From contig JALVSR010000132.1 of assembly GCA_027024225.1 (NCBI GenBank), forward strand, positions 1 through 62,783: a DNA stretch of 62,783 nucleotides, read 5' to 3'. Made by a program: the position numbers and the translations under genes. The notes below the pieces were generated by a model, which saw nothing but the letters and a program-made list of their open reading frames with translations, searched no databases and was not told where the DNA came from. The stretch comes from Hyphomicrobiales bacterium. Its GTDB lineage: Bacteria > Pseudomonadota > Alphaproteobacteria > Rhizobiales > Aestuariivirgaceae. Below are positions 53,860 through 62,783 of this stretch, in pieces. Within the stretch, counting starts at the first letter, position 1. Each line of letters starts with the position of its first letter.

Positions 53860-53942
53860 GCCGTAGATGCGGTCTTGTCAAGGCTCTTCGACCGCTTCGC
53901 GGCGCGCCCAAGGCGCGGCCTTGACAAGACCGCATCTACGGC
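53860..53942. repeat. GTAG-type REP doublet (REPIN-like), 25-bp inverted repeat
   Basis: GCCGTAGATGCGGTCTTGTCAAGGC (53860-53884), 33-nt spacer, exact reverse complement (53918-53942). Confidence 0.75.
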
Positions 53943-54002
53943 GCACCCATCGCCAAATGACAGAAAATTCAAACGCTTGCAGACAGCTGCATCGAGGTCG
54001 CC

Positions 54003-56336
54003 ATGAGCGTGAACATCGACGAATACCGCGAGGAGCTTGTCGCCGCGGCGCCGGAGCTGGAGGAAACGCTCGACGCCTTGGTGCACGAGGCCGCGCGCTA
54101 CATGTCGCCGAAGGGACTGGAGGAATACCTGCAGGGCGCGCGTGGCCTGGCGCGCCTGCGCAAGGAGCCGGCGCTGGTGGTGACCTACCTCGACGAAATG
54201 CCCGAAGTGGTGCGCGAGGTGGGCGAGGATGTCATCTCCGATGTCGTCACCTCGGTCATGAAACTCGCCTCCATGACTTCCGGCGCGGTGCTCACGCTCA
54301 TTTTCGCCACCCTGCCGGTGGCGGCCCGCCGCCTGGGCGACGCCGACATGCTGCGGCGTTACCTGCAGCTGCTGCACCGCACCGCCGCCAAGGCGCCGCG
54401 GGGCCTGCGCCCCATGCTGGAAGTGCTGGATGAGCTGCTCTCGAAACTCACCCTGTCGGGCCTGCGCAAGTGGATCGACTTCGGCGCGGAGGCCTACCGG
54501 CGCGACTTCGCCAAGCAGGCGGACTACTTCGGCCTGAAAACCGAGGATTCCCGCGCCGTGCTGCAGGACAACCGGCGTGGCACCCTGTTCATCGACGTGC
54601 AGCGCAAGATCAACTTCTATCTCCGCGCCTTCTGGGGCCGCGACTTCTTCCTGCGCCCGGCCAGTGCCGACCTGGAGGGCTTCCGCCCATACATCGAGGC
54701 GCGCGCGCTGCATCTGCCGGACGCGGTGGACGACATTGGCGATGTGACGGGGCTGGAGCTCTATCGCGCCATGGCCGCGCACATGGCCGCGCATCTCGTC
54801 TATACCAACGCGCCGCAGGGAGATGCGGAAATGCTCAGCCCGGCACAGCGTTTCTTCATCGGTCTGGCGGAAGACGCGCGGGTGGAATACTGCGCCGGTT
54901 CCGAGTTTCCCGGCATGATGAACCTGTGGAAACGCCTCTTGCCAAAGCCCGATGACGGGTACCAGCACGAGCACCGCGGCATGCCGTTGATCGAGGCCAT
55001 GGTGCGTCACCTGATGGACCCGGACGAGAAGACCGGTGATGAACAGGTGGATGCCGTCATCGCCCGCTTCCACGAGGAAGTGCCCGAGCGCGACCTCGAC
55101 ACCACGCTCTCGCGCGATATCGGCCTGGCGCTGCACGACATCATGGCCACGCGGCGCGACCTGCCCTCCTTGCGCATCCTGGAGAAACTGCGCACGCCCT
55201 GGCGCGACGACAACCGCCTGTTGTGGACGACGGATGAGGAGGAGTGGCTCGACACTACCGTTTACCTGCCGCAAAAGGAGCAGGTGCGCAAATACGTCTC
55301 GGTGATGGAGTTCGTCAACGAGGTGGACGTGGAAACCGCCGGTGATGACGCGCAGGAGATATGGGTGCTCCAGTCCGAGCTGTTCCCCTATGAGGACATG
55401 GGCATCTCGTACAACGAGATGGAGGGCAAGGAGCCCATCATCGGCCCGTTCCACCACCATGAGTGGGACTACCAGGTGCAACTGCACCGCCCCAGCTGGG
55501 TGAGCGTGTTCGAGCACCGGCCCAAGCGCGGCGATCCGGAGATCATCGACAAGGTGCTCACCGAGCACCGCGGCATCACCCACCGTCTGCGCCAGATCAT
55601 TGACCGCCTGCGCCCGCAGGGCCTGGTGCGCGAGCGCAAGCTGGAAGACGGCGACGTGCTGGATCTGAACGCCGCCGTTGACGCCATGGTCATGCTGCGC
55701 ATCGGGCTGAACCCGGATCCGCGCATCACCATGCGCTACAAGCTCAACCGGCGCGATCTCGCCGTGACCATCCTGCTGGACCTGTCCGAGTCCACCAACG
55801 ACAAGGTGCGCGGTTCGGAAAAGACCGTGCTGGAGCTCACGCGCGAGGCCTGCGCCCTGCTCGCCTATGCCATCGAAGGCATCGGCGACCCCTTCGCCAT
55901 TCACGGCTTCAACTCCGACGGCCGGCATGATGTGCGCTACTTCCGCTTCAAGGACTTCGACCAGCACTTCGACGACGAGGTGAAAAGCAGGCTGGCCGGC
56001 ATGCAGGGCGGCTATTCCACCCGCATGGGCGCGGCGCTCAGGCACGCCGGCGACAAGCTCATGCAGCGCGGGGAGAAGAACAAGCTGATCCTGCTGATCA
56101 CCGACGGCGAGCCGGCGGACATCGACGAGCGCGACCCGCAGTATCTCCGCATGGACACCAAGAAGGCGGTGGAGGAGCTGCGGCGCAAGGGCATCCTCAC
56201 CTATTGCCTGACGCTGGATCCCCACGCGGACATGTATGTCTCGCGCATTTTCGGCGCCACGAACTACACCGTGGTGGACAACATCAACCGCCTGCCGGAA
56301 AAGCTCCCCACGCTGTTCGCCAGCCTGACCAAATGA
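54003..56336 (+). CDS. cbbO: RuBisCO activase adaptor CbbO (vWA domain)
   Basis: EWDY, MIDAS DLSES, STRMGAALRHAG, LITDGEP; follows cbbQ. Confidence 0.94.
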   Translation: MSVNIDEYREELVAAAPELEETLDALVHEAARYMSPKGLEEYLQGARGLARLRKEPALVVTYLDEMPEVVREVGEDVISDVVTSVMKLASMTSGAVLTLIFATLPVAARRLGDADMLRRYLQLLHRTAAKAPRGLRPMLEVLDELLSKLTLSGLRKWIDFGAEAYRRDFAKQADYFGLKTEDSRAVLQDNRRGTLFIDVQRKINFYLRAFWGRDFFLRPASADLEGFRPYIEARALHLPDAVDDIGDVTGLELYRAMAAHMAAHLVYTNAPQGDAEMLSPAQRFFIGLAEDARVEYCAGSEFPGMMNLWKRLLPKPDDGYQHEHRGMPLIEAMVRHLMDPDEKTGDEQVDAVIARFHEEVPERDLDTTLSRDIGLALHDIMATRRDLPSLRILEKLRTPWRDDNRLLWTTDEEEWLDTTVYLPQKEQVRKYVSVMEFVNEVDVETAGDDAQEIWVLQSELFPYEDMGISYNEMEGKEPIIGPFHHHEWDYQVQLHRPSWVSVFEHRPKRGDPEIIDKVLTEHRGITHRLRQIIDRLRPQGLVRERKLEDGDVLDLNAAVDAMVMLRIGLNPDPRITMRYKLNRRDLAVTILLDLSESTNDKVRGSEKTVLELTREACALLAYAIEGIGDPFAIHGFNSDGRHDVRYFRFKDFDQHFDDEVKSRLAGMQGGYSTRMGAALRHAGDKLMQRGEKNKLILLITDGEPADIDERDPQYLRMDTKKAVEELRRKGILTYCLTLDPHADMYVSRIFGATNYTVVDNINRLPEKLPTLFASLTK

Positions 56337-56412
56337 CACGCATCCTCGCAGGCGATGCGTCTCCGACGATGCGGCGAGTCAAGCATACAGGATCTGGCGG
56401 CGGAATTCCTTT

Positions 56413-59124
56413 TCATGACGCTGCGGGTGGTGTCGTGCCCATGGTCTCCGCCATCTCCAACGCCGCCTGCGCCGCCGCCAACCGCGCGATGGGAATGCGG
56501 TAGGGCGAGCAGGAGACATAATCCAACCCGCACCGCGCCAGCAACTTGATGGAGCGCGGATCACCCGCGTGTTCGCCACAGGCGCCCACCTGCAGGTTTC
56601 GGCGGCTGGCGCGGCCACGTTCCACCGCCAGGCGGATGGCCGGCGTCACCGCCTCGTCATCCAGCGTGACGAAGGGATCCACCTTCAGCAGGCCCTGCTC
56701 CAGGTAAACATGAATGAAGCGCCCGGCGTCATCGCGCGACAGCCCCAGCACGGTCTGGGTTAGGTCGTTGGTGCCAAAGGAAAAGAAGGCGGCCTCTTCG
56801 GCCAGGGCGTCGGCGCGCAGGCAGGCGGCGGGAATCTCGATCATGCATCCCACGGTGAATGGCGGCACCGTTTCATGGCGTCGCTCCAGCTCCGCCACCA
56901 CCTGTGCGATCTGCCGGTGCAGCCAGCGCATCTCCGCCGCCGCCATGACGAATGGCGCCATGATCTCCAGCCGCGACGGCGCCTTGCCCTGCGCCCGCAG
57001 GCGCAGCATGGCCTCCAGCATGGCGCGCACCTGCATGCGCACCAGCCCCGGCACCGTCAGCGCCAGGCGGATGCCGCGATGGCCCAGCATGGGGTTGTAT
57101 TCGCGCAAGGAATCCACCCGCGCCCGCACCCGCTCCGGCGGCAGGCGCAGGCGTTTGGCCAGCTCTTCCGTCTCGGCCGGGGTGCGCGGCAGAAACTCGT
57201 GCGCCGGTGGATCCAGCAGGCGCACGGTGACGGGCTTGCCGGCCATGATCGAAAACAGCTGGATGAAATCCTCGCCGTGGGTTTCGGCCAACGCCTCGAG
57301 CGCCTCGCGCCGCCGTCGATTGTCGGTGGTCAGCAACAGTTCCTGCAACAGGGCCAGCCGCTCGGTGCCAAAGATCATGTGTTCGGTGCGGCACAGGCCA
57401 ATGCCCTCCGCGCCGAATTTCAGCGCCACCTCGGCATCATGCGGGGTATCGGCATTGGCCCGCACGCGCAACCGGCGCACCTCGTCGGCCCATTGCAGCA
57501 GGGTGTGAAAATCGCCCGAAAGTTCCGGTTGGCGCGTGGGCATGCGGCCGCGGAACACCTCGCCGCTGGCTCCATCGATGGTGATCCACTCCCCCACCCT
57601 TATCTCGTTCCCGCCGATGCGCACCAGCCCGGCGGTGGCGTCGATTTCCATCATCCCCACGCCGGCCACGCAGGGAATGCCGAACCCCCGCGCAATGACC
57701 GCGGCGTGCGAGGTGAGGCCGCCACGAGCGGTGAGCACGCCGCGCACGGCCTTCAGTGCCGGAATGTCCTCCGGCGTGGTTTCCATGCGCACCAGGATGA
57801 CCGGCCGCCCGGCAGCGGCCAGGTGGGCGGCTTCCTGCGCGTCTATGACCACCTCGCCACTGGCCGCCCCGGGCGAGGCTCCCAGCCCGCGCGCCAGCAG
57901 GGTCTGTCCGGCGGCGCGCTCCAGCACCGGATGCAGAAGCTTCTCGAGCTGGTCGGGGTCCACCACGCACAGGGCCTGCTCACGGGTGATGAGCCCCTCG
58001 CGCACCATGTCCACCGCCACGCGCAGGCTGGCCGCCGGACCAAGGCGGGCATTGAAGGTCTGCACCAGCCACAGCCTGCCATCGTCGATGATGAATTCGA
58101 TGTTCTGGGGCCGGCGAAAATGTTTTTCCAGCCTGGCGGCCACCTTCAGCAGGGCGGCGTAGGCTTCCGGCATGGCCGTTTCCAGCGAGGGATGATCCAG
58201 GCCCGAAACACGCCGTTCATGCTCGGTGATGGGCCAGGGGGTGCGCAGGCCCGAAACGATGTCCTCGCCCTGGGCGCGCGGCAGATATTCCCCGCTGATG
58301 ATCTTCTCTCCGGTGGCGGGGTCGCGGGTGATGGCCACGCCTGCGGCGGAATTGTCGTTGCGGTTGCCGAACACCATGCATTGCACCGTGACGGCCGCGC
58401 CCCAGTCGTCCGGAATCCGGTAGAGCTTGCGCGCGGCGCGCACCTGCGGCGCATCCCAGGCGCAAGCCGCAGCCGTAACGCACGTGGCAAGCTGCTCCAG
58501 GGGATCGTCCGGTGGGGCCTTGCCATCTTCCGTCTCGATCAGCGCCATGTAACGGCTGGCGATTTCGCGCCAGTGAGTGGCGGCAAGCGCGTGGTCTTCG
58601 GCAATTCCGAGACTTTCCTTGTAGTCTTCCAGGATATCCTCGAACAATTCGTGTGGCACGTGGGCCACATGCATGCCGTAAGCGTGCAGAAAGCGGCGAT
58701 AGCAATCCCACAGGAAGGTCTCGTCATGTCCCGCCCGCACCGCCCGCTCGATAAGGCGGGGGGAAAGGCCGATGTCGGTAATGGCCGGCAGCAGCCCCGG
58801 CTGGGCGGTGCGGGTGGCGGCGCGCACGGCCAGCAACAGCGGATTGTCCGCATCGCCGAAGGTGGCCCCGCTTTCCTCTTCCAGGCAGGAGATGGCCGTG
58901 CGCAGGCGCTCGAGATCACTCCTCGCGAACGCGCCGCGCGCACGAATGCGGGCGCTGTAATCCACATCCAGCGTGAAGCCCGGCGGCACCGGCAGGCCGA
59001 TTTTCATCATCTCCGCCAGGTACGCGCCCTTGTGGCCCAGTCGAGCCGCATCTCCGGCGCCACCTTCCACCTCTCGCGCACAGAAGAAATGCAGGCCGGG
59101 CAATGCTGTTTGCTTGTCGCTCAT
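56413..59124 (-). CDS. ppdK: pyruvate phosphate dikinase-like protein with divergent nucleotide-binding domain
   Basis: PVPPGF, QGEDIVSG, RGGLTSHAAV, GLCRTEHM, NPMLGHRG, FSFGTNDLTQ, CGEHAGDP. Confidence 0.88.
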   Translation of the reverse strand: MSDKQTALPGLHFFCAREVEGGAGDAARLGHKGAYLAEMMKIGLPVPPGFTLDVDYSARIRARGAFARSDLERLRTAISCLEEESGATFGDADNPLLLAVRAATRTAQPGLLPAITDIGLSPRLIERAVRAGHDETFLWDCYRRFLHAYGMHVAHVPHELFEDILEDYKESLGIAEDHALAATHWREIASRYMALIETEDGKAPPDDPLEQLATCVTAAACAWDAPQVRAARKLYRIPDDWGAAVTVQCMVFGNRNDNSAAGVAITRDPATGEKIISGEYLPRAQGEDIVSGLRTPWPITEHERRVSGLDHPSLETAMPEAYAALLKVAARLEKHFRRPQNIEFIIDDGRLWLVQTFNARLGPAASLRVAVDMVREGLITREQALCVVDPDQLEKLLHPVLERAAGQTLLARGLGASPGAASGEVVIDAQEAAHLAAAGRPVILVRMETTPEDIPALKAVRGVLTARGGLTSHAAVIARGFGIPCVAGVGMMEIDATAGLVRIGGNEIRVGEWITIDGASGEVFRGRMPTRQPELSGDFHTLLQWADEVRRLRVRANADTPHDAEVALKFGAEGIGLCRTEHMIFGTERLALLQELLLTTDNRRRREALEALAETHGEDFIQLFSIMAGKPVTVRLLDPPAHEFLPRTPAETEELAKRLRLPPERVRARVDSLREYNPMLGHRGIRLALTVPGLVRMQVRAMLEAMLRLRAQGKAPSRLEIMAPFVMAAAEMRWLHRQIAQVVAELERRHETVPPFTVGCMIEIPAACLRADALAEEAAFFSFGTNDLTQTVLGLSRDDAGRFIHVYLEQGLLKVDPFVTLDDEAVTPAIRLAVERGRASRRNLQVGACGEHAGDPRSIKLLARCGLDYVSCSPYRIPIARLAAAQAALEMAETMGTTPPAAS

Positions 59125-59340
59125 GTCGCCACGTCTTGAATCCGTCTGCACCCGTTTGTTCTGGCGAATCGCGCCGCCGGCCGCCGGAATCAATCCTCCC
59201 CAAAGCGGATGTCACACATGGAAACATGAGCGGACGCGCATGGCAATGCAACAGGAAAAGGCCGGCAAGCGTGGCAACCGACCCTGGTGAATTGCGCTCG
59301 AAAAAGGCGGGGGAGGGAGGGGATTCCGGCATCCCGCCCA

Positions 59341-60015
59341 TCAGCGGCGGGCCGCGCTGAAGTTCTGTTTCTTGGAGCGACGCTTAGGCCCGCTGCCGGG
59401 GCGCTTGACCTTGAACAGCCTGGCGTTCAGCTCCACGTCCTTCTGCAACTCGCTGAGCGAAATGGTGGTGCGCCGTCCTTGGGCGTCGATGACCATCCAC
59501 TGGCGCAGCGCCTTCTGCTGCGGATCGTAGATGAGCTGCAGCTGGCCGGGCACGGACTTGTCGTGGGCCTTCAGCGTGATGACGAGCAGGCCGTCCTTCT
59601 GCTCCACCTTTTGCACCTTGGCATCGCGCAACAGGTCCACGCGGCTTGCCAGCACCATCTTCAGCGGCGTCTTGGAAAGCGGATAATAATCCACCTTGTC
59701 CTTGGCATTGTTGCGAATGGCCACCCATGTGCCGTCGGATACGATGACCAGTGGATGCGGCGGAGTGTACTCGAACCGCATTCTGCCGGGCTTGGCGATG
59801 TAAAAGCGCCCCGTGGAGACGCGCCCGCGCGGGCTGATCTGGGTGAAGCTGCCCTGCAGGGTCCGGAAGGAATTGAAGAAGTTCGATACTTCACGCACCT
59901 GCGCCTTCTCGGTCGCCGTCATGGCTTGTGCGGGCGCGGCGGCCAGTGAGGGCAACAGGGCAATCGCGCCCAGCGCTCCCAGCAGGATGCGGCGATCGAG
60001 GAATTTGCGGGTCAT
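59341..60015 (-). CDS. lolA: outer-membrane lipoprotein carrier LolA
   Basis: GSFTQ, KPGRMRFEY, YPLSKTPL, LRQW. Confidence 0.88.
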   Translation of the reverse strand: MTRKFLDRRILLGALGAIALLPSLAAAPAQAMTATEKAQVREVSNFFNSFRTLQGSFTQISPRGRVSTGRFYIAKPGRMRFEYTPPHPLVIVSDGTWVAIRNNAKDKVDYYPLSKTPLKMVLASRVDLLRDAKVQKVEQKDGLLVITLKAHDKSVPGQLQLIYDPQQKALRQWMVIDAQGRRTTISLSELQKDVELNARLFKVKRPGSGPKRRSKKQNFSAARR

Positions 60016-60160
60016 GTCCAGGTCCTTCCGTTCGGTCATTCTGTAACGCTTGCCGGTCCGCGGATCGATTCGCACGATAGCTCATGCGTATCATGGCATC
60101 AAAATAAGGCCATTCCCTGAACGCGGCCTCAAGGAGCCCGCTTCTGGCCCGCAACCGCCA

Positions 60161-60214
60161 CCGGCCGGTCGAAAATGCCGCGCAGACGAAAGATGGGCAT
60201 TTTCGACCGGCCGG
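60161..60214. terminator. 19-bp perfect inverted repeat downstream of amrS
   Basis: CCGGCCGGTCGAAAATGCC, 16-nt spacer, GGCATTTTCGACCGGCCGG. Confidence 0.55.
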
Positions 60215-60243
60215 CACGGCCCGTTTTTTCAGGGACCTCTCTT

Positions 60244-61356
60244 CTATCCTTCCTCGTGCACCGAGAACATCATCGGATCCACGGGCAGGAAACGCGCACC
60301 CCAGTTGCCGGGCCTTTCCTCGAACACGCCGGCGCAGCGCGTGCCGCAGTTGGGGCACTTGCCAATGGGCACCATGTTCCAGACGGTAAGGTTGTAGCCC
60401 ATCCGCCCGATGAGCAGCTCACCGCATTCGTGGCAATAGGTGTTCTGCCCCACCGAATCGCGAATATTGCCCGTATAGACATATCTCAGCCCCGCCTCCA
60501 TGGCGAGCTTGCGCGCTTTCATCACCGTCTCCGGCGGGGTGGGCGGCACGTCTCGCATGCGCCAGTCCGGATGGAAAGCGGAGAAGTGCAGCGGCACATC
60601 CGGCCCCAGCTGCTCCACGATCCATCGCGACATGGCCGAGATCTCCTCGTCCGAGTCGTTCCAGCCCGGAATCAGCAAGGTGGTGATCTCCAGCCACGTG
60701 TCCGTCTCGTGATAGACGTAACGCAGGGTGTCCAGCACCGGCTCCAGGTGGCCCGAGGCCAGCTTGCGGTAGAACTTCTCGGTAAAGCCCTTGAGATCGA
60801 TGTTCGCCGCGTCCATGTGGGCGAAAAACTCCTTGCGCGCTTCCGGGTTGATGTAACCGGCGGTGACCGCCACCGTCTTTATGCCCGCCTCGTGGCAGGC
60901 CTTGGCCACGTCCACGGCATATTCCAGGAAGATCACCGGGTCGTTGTAGGTAAACGCCACGGAGCGCGAACCTGTGGCCTGAGCCATGCGCACGATGGTC
61001 GCCGGCGTTGCGGGGCGCTGTAACACGTCGTCGCGGCTGGCCTTCGACATGTGCCAGTTCTGGCAGAACTTGCAGGTGAGGTTGCACCCCGCCGTGCCGA
61101 AGCTCAGAACCGGCGTGCCCGGCAGGAAGTGATACAGCGGCTTCTTCTCGATGGGATCCACCACGAAGCCGGACGAGCGACCATAGGTGGTGAGCACGAA
61201 CTCGCCCTTGTCCGTCACCCCGCGCACATAACACAGGCCGCGCTGGCCGGGGTGAATCTTGCATTCGCGCGGGCACAACTCGCACACGACGCGTCCGTCT
61301 TCCAGCTTCCTGCCATAGCGCGCCGGCACACCTTCGATTTTTTCCTTCACCGCCAT
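60244..61356 (-). CDS. amrS: AmmeMemoRadiSam system radical SAM enzyme
   Basis: CELCPREC, DPIEKKPLYHF, GCNLTCKFCQN (CX3CX2C), AFTYNDP, NIDLK, C-terminal CxxC pairs. Confidence 0.93.
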   Translation of the reverse strand: MAVKEKIEGVPARYGRKLEDGRVVCELCPRECKIHPGQRGLCYVRGVTDKGEFVLTTYGRSSGFVVDPIEKKPLYHFLPGTPVLSFGTAGCNLTCKFCQNWHMSKASRDDVLQRPATPATIVRMAQATGSRSVAFTYNDPVIFLEYAVDVAKACHEAGIKTVAVTAGYINPEARKEFFAHMDAANIDLKGFTEKFYRKLASGHLEPVLDTLRYVYHETDTWLEITTLLIPGWNDSDEEISAMSRWIVEQLGPDVPLHFSAFHPDWRMRDVPPTPPETVMKARKLAMEAGLRYVYTGNIRDSVGQNTYCHECGELLIGRMGYNLTVWNMVPIGKCPNCGTRCAGVFEERPGNWGARFLPVDPMMFSVHEEG

Positions 61357-61490
61357 GGTACCTGCTCCCACCACAACCTTTGCGCTCGCTTCGTTCAATC
61401 ACATATATGGGAAACGGGAAGAGCATTTGCACGGGGCGCGACAAAACGACAGGACAGTCAACAAGACACGCAAGATACGGGAGAAAGGTC

Positions 61491-62294
61491 ATGAGCGGAA
61501 TTCGTCCACCTGCCGTGGCGGGCATGTTCTATCCGGCCGATCCGAAAGAGCTGGAACGCTACGTGCGCGCCGTGCTGGCGCAGGCCACGCGCGATGTGCC
61601 ACGGTTGCCAGAGGTGGAGGCTGTGGTGTCCCCGCACGCGGGCTATCGCTACTCCGGTCCCATTGCCGCACATGCTTTCGCCGCCCTGGCCGAGCGCGGG
61701 CCGGTGAAGCGCATCCTGTTGCTGGGGCCGGCTCACACCGTGCCTTTCCGTGGCATTGCCGCGCCGGCGTGGAACGGCTTTGCCACGCCGCTGGGCGTGG
61801 TGCCGGTGGATACCGAGGCCCGTGCCGCCATCGCGCGGCTGCCGCAGGTCATCATCGACGACGTGCCACACGCACGCGAGCATTCGCTGGAGGTGCAACT
61901 GCCCTTCATCCAGGTACTCTATCCCGGCGTCCCGGTGCTGCCGCTGGTGGTGGGCGAAGCCACGCCGGAAGAGGTGGCGGAAGTCATCGACATGCTGGCA
62001 GACGATGACACAGCCATCATCATTTCTTCCGATCTGTCGCACTACGAGCCCTATGATCACGCAAAACTGCACGACGCCATGACGGCCAAGCGCATCGAAG
62101 CGCTGGATTACACCCACATAACGCCGCAGGACGCCTGCGGCGCGCGGCCGCTTTCCGGCCTGCTCTACGAGGCGCGCCAACGACACTGGCGGCCGGTGTT
62201 GCTGGACCTGCGCAACTCCGGCGACACCGCCGGCGACAAGAGCCGCGTGGTGGGCTATGGCGCCTGGGCGTTCGTCAACGCCGAAGCGGCATGA
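61491..62294 (+). CDS. amrB: AmmeMemoRadiSam system protein B (Memo-like)
   Basis: RPPAVAGMFYP, PHAGYRYSG, GPAH, EHSLEVQLPF, SSDLSHY, NSGD, VVGYGA. Confidence 0.93.
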   Translation: MSGIRPPAVAGMFYPADPKELERYVRAVLAQATRDVPRLPEVEAVVSPHAGYRYSGPIAAHAFAALAERGPVKRILLLGPAHTVPFRGIAAPAWNGFATPLGVVPVDTEARAAIARLPQVIIDDVPHAREHSLEVQLPFIQVLYPGVPVLPLVVGEATPEEVAEVIDMLADDDTAIIISSDLSHYEPYDHAKLHDAMTAKRIEALDYTHITPQDACGARPLSGLLYEARQRHWRPVLLDLRNSGDTAGDKSRVVGYGAWAFVNAEAA

Positions 62295-62327
62295 GCACTC
62301 CCGCTCGGAATGTCCCACGGGAAGACG

Positions 62328-62350
62328 GGGAGGCGAAAAAATCGCCTCCC
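62328..62350. terminator. hairpin after amrB
   Basis: GGGAGGCGA-AAAAA-TCGCCTCCC. Confidence 0.45.
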
Positions 62351-62444
62351 GCCCCCTTGTTGAATGGACATGCTTGCGCTATCTCAATGCGCGCCCGTTG
62401 CCGACCATTTCGATGATCTGTCCGGGCAACGGCGCGCCCTGTGC

Positions 62445-62783
<339 letters not shown>

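Overview
GC-rich chromosomal window from an alphaproteobacterium (inferred from Hyphomicrobiales-like gene content and CTTGnn-N17-CTATAT promoters), probably a facultative chemolithoautotroph. It is mostly housekeeping: SUV3-like helicase, lpdA, class II aldolase, trmB, pgi, moaD, PPDK regulatory protein, uvrB, trpF, mdh-sucCDAB, rpmF, dapB-gpmA-dut, acnA, ccmCDG, a tungsten-type aldehyde:ferredoxin oxidoreductase, zapE, fur, gloB, hisC-tyrC, rplY-pth-ychF, a form IAq RuBisCO cluster (cbbR/cbbLSQO), a divergent ppdK, lolA, amrS/amrB and tRNA-Ser(CGA). No integrase, transposase, prophage or CRISPR-cas is visible. The most unusual signals are: (1) a near-perfect 94-bp tandem array that starts inside the tRNA-Ser 3' end, has structured units with a CU-rich loop and runs off the window edge, next to an incomplete AmmeMemoRadiSam locus; (2) a PPDK whose ATP-grasp catalytic residues look substituted while its phospho-His and PEP domains are intact; (3) a spacer-less 60-bp perfect palindrome plus a GTAG-type REP doublet between cbbQ and cbbO; and (4) several modified enzymes (Fba-Dabb fusion, SucB with a degenerate E3-binding domain, C-terminally extended CbbS, internally deleted DUF2332). 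All calls come from motif recognition by eye; no database searches were run, and start codons are best guesses.
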